Both the position numbers and the translations under genes were made by a program. Shown here piece by piece: positions 57,846-64,000 of a DNA stretch of 64,000 nt. Below the pieces are notes generated by a model. The model was given only the letters and a program-made list of their open reading frames with translations. It did no database searches and was not told the DNA's origin. This stretch comes from Candidatus Kapaibacterium sp. Lineage in GTDB: Bacteria > Bacteroidota > Ignavibacteria > Kapaibacteriales > UBA2268. Within the stretch, counting starts at the first letter, position 1; every line of letters starts with the position of its first letter. The stretch spans positions 1,088,001 to 1,152,000 of the forward strand of contig OY761611.1 of the NCBI GenBank assembly GCA_963664875.1, written 5' to 3'.

Positions 57846-58763
57846 ATGGACAAGAACACACCTGAAAACAAAGGTTTTCATAGTAATTATGATAATGAAT
57901 ACAATCGCTATAAAGAAGAGTTAAAAAATTACTATAAAAAGAAACAATCCAACAGCGATTACTCTGAAGAAGAAATTGAGGAGAATCCACAAATTGATAC
58001 CGAAGACTTATCAGTTTACATTGAGCAAAAAAGGAAAAAAATGATAGCTCTGCTCAACTATGCAAAAGTAATTATAGGATTTTTCCTAATTGTATTCCTT
58101 TCTTATGTAGTTGTAGATTCGTGGATACTTCCTGCTACAATTCATAGTAAAGACAAAATTTCTATACCTAAGCTTTCCGGGATGAATATTGAAAAGGCTA
58201 AAGACAAATTGTCAAGCATGAATTTGATTGTTGAAATTGCAGGAGAGCAGTATAATGCAAAAGTACCTCCTCAAACTGTAATACGACAGTCTCCTAATCC
58301 AAACACCGAAGTAAAAGTCGGAAGGACTGTCTATCTGACTATTTCCAAAGGTAAAGAAACGGTAGAGGTACCCTACTTAATAGGCAAATCTGTCCGAGAA
58401 GCCAAAGTTATACTTCTGAATAAAGGATTTAAGTTATCCAAAGTGCTTTTCGAAAATTCTGAGTCTATACCAAGAGATTCGATAATTAAACAAAGTCAAA
58501 AGCCCGGCAAGTTCATTCCTTACGGAAGCGACTTTGTGCTTACAGTCAGCAAAGGCTCTGAAAATCAAATTCAAGTCCCTCGATTGGAAGGTATGGCTTT
58601 CGAAGACATCGAAGAGTTCTTAATGGTAAACGGATTTGTTTTAGGCAATATTAAATACGAGTCAAGCGACACATATCTGCCGGGTGCTATTATCGGGCAA
58701 TACCCTCTCGCAGGAGAAACTGTGCCGTATAACTCTGCAATAGATATCACAGTCGCAGAATAA
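57846..58763 (+). CDS. Membrane-anchored protein with three PASTA domains
   Basis: One TM segment, then IPKLSG, VPYLIG and VPRLEG repeats each with Q.P..G; no kinase domain. Confidence 0.9.
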   Translation: MDKNTPENKGFHSNYDNEYNRYKEELKNYYKKKQSNSDYSEEEIEENPQIDTEDLSVYIEQKRKKMIALLNYAKVIIGFFLIVFLSYVVVDSWILPATIHSKDKISIPKLSGMNIEKAKDKLSSMNLIVEIAGEQYNAKVPPQTVIRQSPNPNTEVKVGRTVYLTISKGKETVEVPYLIGKSVREAKVILLNKGFKLSKVLFENSESIPRDSIIKQSQKPGKFIPYGSDFVLTVSKGSENQIQVPRLEGMAFEDIEEFLMVNGFVLGNIKYESSDTYLPGAIIGQYPLAGETVPYNSAIDITVAE

Positions 58764-58782
58764 TCTTTTATAACACAAGATT

Positions 58783-58830
58783 AAGAGCTATGTTTTTTTA
58801 TATTTTCAAGATTAACATAGCTCTTTTTTT
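58783..58830 (+). terminator. Terminator after the PASTA gene
   Basis: AAGAGCTATGTT..AACATAGCTCTT followed by a T run. Confidence 0.75.
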
Positions 58831-58927
58831 ATAGATTATATCGAAGCTAAATAGCATTTTCAACTAAAATAATAGCAAACTGAGTAAGTCTTAAAAATTG
58901 GATGTAAATGACTTTGAGGATGGAATT

Positions 58928-60232
58928 ATGAAATTTAAGCAAATGACTCTAAAATCTCAGGAAGCAATCAAAACTTCTCAGGAAATTGCAGATTCTTACG
59001 GCAATCCGTCTTTGGAACCTATCCATTTATTGGCTGCTTTAGTGCAGGATTCCGAAGGTCTGACAAATCAGATTATCAGCAAAATAACAGGCAGTCTATC
59101 TGAGATAAAAATTGAAATAAACGCAGCCATCATCAAACTGCCAAAAGTATCAGGGGATTATGACGTATTTATATCAAAAGATTTGGACAAATTGACAGAA
59201 GAGGCTTATAAAGAAGCAAAAACATTTGGTGACGAATATATCAGCACAGAGCATTTACTAATTGCTTTGGCAGATTTCGACAAAATTACTTCAAAATTGC
59301 TCAATAAATACTCTGTAAACAAAGAGAATATATACAGAGTACTAAAAGATATCAGAGGTAATAACAAAGTTACTGACCAGTCTCCTGAGGAAAAGTACCA
59401 ATCCTTACAGCGATACGGAAGAAGACTGAATCATGAAGCTGCTATCGGCAAATTAGATCCTGTAATCGGCAGAGAAGATGAAATTAGAAGGGTGTTGCAG
59501 GTTCTATCGCGCCGCACTAAAAACAATCCTATCCTAATAGGCGAACCCGGAGTCGGCAAAACTGCTGTGGTCGAAGGCATAGCTCAAAGGATTGTTAGCG
59601 GAGATGTTCCTGAATCGCTAAAGACAAAAGAAATAATTGTTTTAGATATGGGCACTTTAGTTGCCGGAACCAGCTTTAGAGGTCAGTTTGAAGAAAGATT
59701 GAAAGCTATAATCAAAGAAGTATCCGAATCTAACGGTGAAATTATTCTTTTTATTGATGAAATACATACTTTGATAGGTGCCGGAGCCACTTCAGGAAGT
59801 ATGGATGCAGCTAATATACTAAAACCTGCTCTTGCCAGAGGCGAATTGCACTGCATAGGTGCTACCACACTTGATGAGTACCAAAAGCATATAGAAAAAG
59901 ATGCTGCTTTGGAAAGAAGATTTCAAAAAGTTCTGATAGACGAACCAAGTGTAGCTGATACAATTTCTATATTACGTGGGCTTAAAGAAAAGTACGAAAT
60001 TCATCATGGAATAAGAATAAAAGACGAAGCTCTGATTGCAGCAGCTGTACTATCGGATAGGTACATAACAGACAGATTTCTGCCTGATAAAGCGATAGAT
60101 TTAATTGATGAGGCGGCAAGTAAGTTAAGAATAGAAATTGATTCGCTACCTGATGAATTAGATCAGACAGAACGAAAGTTGAGGCAGTTAGAGATAGAAA
60201 GAGAGGCATTAAAAAGAGAATTAAAACAGTAA
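58928..60232 (+). CDS. clpB: C-terminally truncated ClpB (N domain, NBD1 and start of the M domain)
   Basis: [46 protein letters not shown]; stops at [15 protein letters not shown]. Start ATG 58928. Confidence 0.85.
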   Translation: MKFKQMTLKSQEAIKTSQEIADSYGNPSLEPIHLLAALVQDSEGLTNQIISKITGSLSEIKIEINAAIIKLPKVSGDYDVFISKDLDKLTEEAYKEAKTFGDEYISTEHLLIALADFDKITSKLLNKYSVNKENIYRVLKDIRGNNKVTDQSPEEKYQSLQRYGRRLNHEAAIGKLDPVIGREDEIRRVLQVLSRRTKNNPILIGEPGVGKTAVVEGIAQRIVSGDVPESLKTKEIIVLDMGTLVAGTSFRGQFEERLKAIIKEVSESNGEIILFIDEIHTLIGAGATSGSMDAANILKPALARGELHCIGATTLDEYQKHIEKDAALERRFQKVLIDEPSVADTISILRGLKEKYEIHHGIRIKDEALIAAAVLSDRYITDRFLPDKAIDLIDEAASKLRIEIDSLPDELDQTERKLRQLEIEREALKRELKQ

Positions 60233-60493
60233 TTACTTTTTCTTATTTTTAAGATACGTAAAATACTTTTTGAGATAAACAATCTCTGAATCCGAGCAAT
60301 AATTTTGAGTGGCAGGGCTGCTTTTTTGAGGTATTGCATCTTCGAAATTCAGCCCAAGACTATTTGATTTTGCAATTTTTATCTCATTATTCCTACTGGT
60401 ACTAATTGCAATAGATTCAAGCTGAGAAAGAAGTTCTTCATTCTCTATAGCATTGACCCATTCAATTATTCGCTTTTTTCGGTGATCCAACAT
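60233..60493 (-). CDS. Small hypothetical protein
   Basis: 86 aa (RKKRIIEWVNAIENEELLSQLE); its stop abuts the clpB stop. Confidence 0.55.
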   Translation of the reverse strand: MLDHRKKRIIEWVNAIENEELLSQLESIAISTSRNNEIKIAKSNSLGLNFEDAIPQKSSPATQNYCSDSEIVYLKKYFTYLKNKKK

Positions 60494-60588
60494 CTGATAA
60501 TTGCAATATTATTTTGAACTGATTATCGTTTGAAGTATAATATGAATATCAAGTTAATGATATTTCCCAATAAAAACAAATAAATATT

Positions 60589-60798
60589 ATGATAGTTTTG
60601 AATAAAATAACAGGTGCTGAAATTGTCGTCAATGCAGACGAAATTGAAACCATCGAAACCGGACACGACACCGTAATTTCTTTAAAATCAGGGAAAAAAC
60701 TGATTGTCTCCAATACTGCAGCTGAAATAATAGAAAAAGTAATCGAATATAAGCAGCAGTGCTTAGCCTCATTTAAACCAAATATCCAAGAGAAATAA
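60589..60798 (+). CDS. flbD: Flagellar FlbD/SwrD family protein
   Basis: MI.L....G....NAD.IE.IE...DTVI.L.SGKK..V......I..KV.EYK family pattern. Confidence 0.88.
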   Translation: MIVLNKITGAEIVVNADEIETIETGHDTVISLKSGKKLIVSNTAAEIIEKVIEYKQQCLASFKPNIQEK

Positions 60799-60802
60799 TA
60801 TT

Positions 60803-62659
60803 TTGAAGTTAATTCATTATATATTACTCTTTTTTTTCGGTACAACTTACTTCCTTGCGGCGGCAGAGAACTATGTAAGTACCGGTATGAATAAACTCTC
60901 TAACACTTACAACTTTTCTGCTAACTCTATCTATTCTACCCCACTTTTTTATGGCAAGATTGACCTACAGGAAAGGTACCAAGGCACTGCTCTAAAAGAT
61001 TTAAGTGATGATTTTCGGGATTTAAATGACTGGAGTTTCAAATATTCAATTGAGATTGATTCTAATTTCGTCTTTTTCCTTAGAAATAACTGGTATTATT
61101 CGAATGACAGGCAGGCTGGCGGTGTGAACAAATTAGAAAGGCAAAGCCTTTCCCCAGGTTTGCTTTATAATTTTGACAACATGGGTTTTCTTGAGTTTTC
61201 TGCCGGTAAAGAAAAAAATATCAAAATCGGAATTGTAGAATCGGGCACACTTTTAAACTCTAAAGGTGCATTTGCAAATTCAACTGAAGGTTATAACTAT
61301 CTGGCAAATATGGATATGGAATATTTGTCGCTTGACGACGGAAGAAAAAACAGCTCCATTGCTGTAAACGGCAAAGTATCGAAAGAGTTTGACAATACTG
61401 ATAATATGGGAATGAGGCTTAACTACAACCGCAAGGATTTTGACAATTTTGCCGGAGTAAGTACGAATCTGTTTGATAAGACTATTTTCAAAAACAGAAT
61501 GGAAAATCGCCTTAGTACCAATTTTGATATTTCATATTCTATTTTAGACAATTGGAACTTGAACTCAGTTATAGATTATAACTCTGTGAATGTTACCGAA
61601 GAATATAACAAATTTACAAATGATCTAAAATACTCAGGCATAAAGAGAGATTTGGAAGAGCAATATCTCAAAATAGATTTCAATACTTCCATAAAGAGCA
61701 TCAATTCCTTTTTCAAATTTGGCTATAGAGTAAGTTACAGAGATGAAAAAAATCAGACTCAAAACAAATACAGCATCAACGAAATAGACTACCAACAACT
61801 CCGCAATCTTGACAAACAAAAGGATAATATCACCAATATAACCGGTCTCTACTCGGAAATAATGCATTCCTTTTCAGTAAATGATACAATCTACTTCGAT
61901 TCTTATGTATCAATACTTAGATATGACACACCTGACGAACAAAATTACAGTGACAGAGACGAACTAAGTTACTCTGTCAGCGGAAGATATAAACACCGTT
62001 TTAGCGAAAATTTGTCTGCTTCAGTTCTTTTTGCAACTAATTACCTGCATTTAGTGTATTTAAAATCTCAAAACAGCGGCTCTAATAACGTAAACAGGAT
62101 CTTCAGATTAAATCCAAAAGTAGAGATTACCTTTGCTAATTTTAGTATGCGGCCAAGTTTCGAAGTATTAGCCAACTACACTGTTTATGATTACGAAACA
62201 GCCAATAGAGGCCCTGAGAGCTATTCTTTCAGACAAATCGCATATAATGACACAATAATTATAAAAGCTGACAAGAAGAGGAGTATTGAGCTACAAAACA
62301 ATATCAGATACTACGAGACAGGGAAGCTGTTTTGGGATGACTTTCTGGAATCTCCGGAAACAGGTAACTACGAACAATTTACTAAACTTATGCTTTATAC
62401 AACAGCAAGCCCAATAGTACGTTTAGGTATTGGTGCAAGATACCACTTTTTGGAGCAGCATCATATTTTTCAGCAACCCGGGAACTCTTCATCAACCATT
62501 TACTCCGGGAAATCTATAGCACCTGAAACTGAAATTTCTGTAAAATTTAGCTCAAATTCCGAAATTTCTTTACAAGGTTGGTACGAATTTCAATATATTA
62601 AAGGATTGGAAAAAAAAGAAATTCCTAATCTGTTTTTGACAACAAAAATAGTACTATAA
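60803..62659 (+). CDS. Probable outer-membrane beta-barrel protein
   Basis: Signal peptide, N/Y/F/S-rich alternating strands, amphipathic terminal strand (NLFLTTKIVL). Confidence 0.55.
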   Translation: MKLIHYILLFFFGTTYFLAAAENYVSTGMNKLSNTYNFSANSIYSTPLFYGKIDLQERYQGTALKDLSDDFRDLNDWSFKYSIEIDSNFVFFLRNNWYYSNDRQAGGVNKLERQSLSPGLLYNFDNMGFLEFSAGKEKNIKIGIVESGTLLNSKGAFANSTEGYNYLANMDMEYLSLDDGRKNSSIAVNGKVSKEFDNTDNMGMRLNYNRKDFDNFAGVSTNLFDKTIFKNRMENRLSTNFDISYSILDNWNLNSVIDYNSVNVTEEYNKFTNDLKYSGIKRDLEEQYLKIDFNTSIKSINSFFKFGYRVSYRDEKNQTQNKYSINEIDYQQLRNLDKQKDNITNITGLYSEIMHSFSVNDTIYFDSYVSILRYDTPDEQNYSDRDELSYSVSGRYKHRFSENLSASVLFATNYLHLVYLKSQNSGSNNVNRIFRLNPKVEITFANFSMRPSFEVLANYTVYDYETANRGPESYSFRQIAYNDTIIIKADKKRSIELQNNIRYYETGKLFWDDFLESPETGNYEQFTKLMLYTTASPIVRLGIGARYHFLEQHHIFQQPGNSSSTIYSGKSIAPETEISVKFSSNSEISLQGWYEFQYIKGLEKKEIPNLFLTTKIVL

Positions 62660-63076
62660 ATGAAAGACTACATATTCAAAGAAATTGTCAACCTGCCGAG
62701 TAGTAAGGAATCTATGGGCAAGATAGAGCCAATTCTAATGCAGGTACAAACTATTGCAGACATTCCGGAAGACAGATTTTATAACCTGCTTATTTCAGTG
62801 ACTGAAGCTGTGAACAATGCCATCATGCACGGCAATGGATTTGACTCTTCCAAAACTGTTACAGTTACCCTCACCGCAACAGAAGATTATGTAGAAATCG
62901 AAGTGCAGGACGAAGGCAGCGGTTTTGACCCCGACATGGTCGCAGATCCAAGGGAACCGGAAAACTTGCTTAAAGCCAGCGGAAGAGGAATATTTATCAT
63001 AAAATCCCTTATAGAACAGGTCAGTTTCGAAAATAATGAGATTGGAACGAAAGTCTCAATGAAATTTACTATCTAA
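62660..63076 (+). CDS. RsbW-like anti-sigma factor / Ser kinase (GHKL ATPase)
   Basis: EAVNNAIMHGN, DEGSGFD, SGRGIFII, GTKV motifs. Confidence 0.9.
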   Translation: MKDYIFKEIVNLPSSKESMGKIEPILMQVQTIADIPEDRFYNLLISVTEAVNNAIMHGNGFDSSKTVTVTLTATEDYVEIEVQDEGSGFDPDMVADPREPENLLKASGRGIFIIKSLIEQVSFENNEIGTKVSMKFTI

Positions 63077-63159
63077 AACATTTTGTTTTAAGGAGTAAAT
63101 AAATTACTTTAAGTTTGCAAGGTTTACTTTTTGAATATTTTCTTTATGGTTGCTGAAAA

Positions 63160-64000
63160 ATGTATCTGATTCACGAAAAAGAACTTTTTAGAGCTTTTGA
63201 ATGTTTAAAAGCAGATTTGAATGATCCAATTGCAAAAAAAATTGTTTTACTCAGCGGAACATTTGGCTCGGGAAAATCTTTTTTCCTGAAGAGCCTTATC
63301 CCTGCACTTTTGGAAGAAAATCATACAGATTACGTATTTGAAGCAAAATACAGCAGCAATCTCAAGTTCACTATTGATATTTTGCAGTCTTTAGCTGACA
63401 ACAGTTATTATGTCGAATCAGACAAACTACCTCCTTTTTCCAGCAACGAATCTTCTTTTATAAACGAGCAGTTCGCCAATACGCTAACTACTCTTAGGAA
63501 TAAAGATACTTCTCTTTTTGAAAAAATTTATGAGCGTGAGTACCTGAAAGACAACTTTCATTACCATTACAGCTCGATAGATAATATTGAAGATTTGAGT
63601 GACACTTCAATATGCAACACAATAGAAAGCCTTTTTCCACAACAGGAAAAATATAAAACATTTTTTGCGAATCCGACTAAAATTGCGATAGAATCACTGA
63701 TTGTTGATTTGATGACTGTTCTTTTTGCCGGAAATTCTAACTTTGAAAAACCGGAAAAGAAATATAAAGTATTATTTGTCTTAGATGGCTTTGACAAACA
63801 TTCATGGACAGTGCAGCAGTGGCTTTTGGACAAATTTATTCCTCTTCTGGATACTATGCACTTCAGTGACTTTACTTCTTATGACACTTCTTTTTTGAGT
63901 AAAGACACTAAACTATCAGACTTCTTTGATTTCAGATTTTTATTGAGCTTCCGAGAGGACTTAACTTTAGGCAGATTTGCTGATAAATGGCTACAAATAT
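63160..64000 (+). CDS. STAND-like P-loop NTPase (partial; runs off the right edge)
   Basis: Translated by hand from ATG 63160 and open to the end: IVLLSGTFGSGKS (Walker A), KVLFVLDGFDK (Walker B), FLLSFRE; TAAGTTTG at 63110-63117. Confidence 0.7.
   Translation, partial: MYLIHEKELFRAFECLKADLNDPIAKKIVLLSGTFGSGKSFFLKSLIPALLEENHTDYVFEAKYSSNLKFTIDILQSLADNSYYVESDKLPPFSSNESSFINEQFANTLTTLRNKDTSLFEKIYEREYLKDNFHYHYSSIDNIEDLSDTSICNTIESLFPQQEKYKTFFANPTKIAIESLIVDLMTVLFAGNSNFEKPEKKYKVLFVLDGFDKHSWTVQQWLLDKFIPLLDTMHFSDFTSYDTSFLSKDTKLSDFFDFRFLLSFREDLTLGRFADKWLQI

Noticed and set aside
57846-58763. PknB-type Ser/Thr kinase
   Set aside because: The cytoplasmic part is only about 70 acidic residues with no kinase motifs; PASTA-only proteins are common in this clade.
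63567-63833. 88-aa minus-strand ORF
   Set aside because: Antisense to the open NTPase frame, which carries Walker A and B motifs.

Overview
AT-rich bacterial chromosomal window, inferred to come from a flagellated FCB-group lineage outside Bacteroidia (Ignavibacteria/Kapabacteria-like). The inference rests on flagellar genes, T9SS C-terminal sorting domains, TAnnTTTG-type promoter elements and Shine-Dalgarno sites occurring together. From left to right it holds: a flagellar operon (flgF-G-A-H-I-J-N-K-L, motA partial); dsbD, hprK, hpf, accD, ydbT/ydbS-like genes, ftsW, murD, def; a six-copy tandem array (about 1.31 kb period) of T9SS-secreted beta-propeller genes that are mosaics of shared modules, two of them broken by single lesions; a four-subunit 2-oxoacid:ferredoxin oxidoreductase; hbd, acuI, purM; an IPTL-CTERM surface protein; gcdH; nusA-infB-rbfA-truB-ribF-rpsO-pnp without rimP; two more T9SS cargo genes; a membrane protein with a GldL/PorL-like module behind a long N-terminal extension; lat, nrnA, a PASTA protein, a ClpB lacking NBD2, flbD, a probable outer-membrane protein, an RsbW-like kinase and a partial STAND-like NTPase. 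No rRNA, tRNA, CRISPR array, transposase, integrase or reverse transcriptase was recognised. The strongest leads are the module-shuffled propeller array (21244-29117) and the GldL-like protein (53337-54683). All calls come from reading the sequence by eye; no searches were run.
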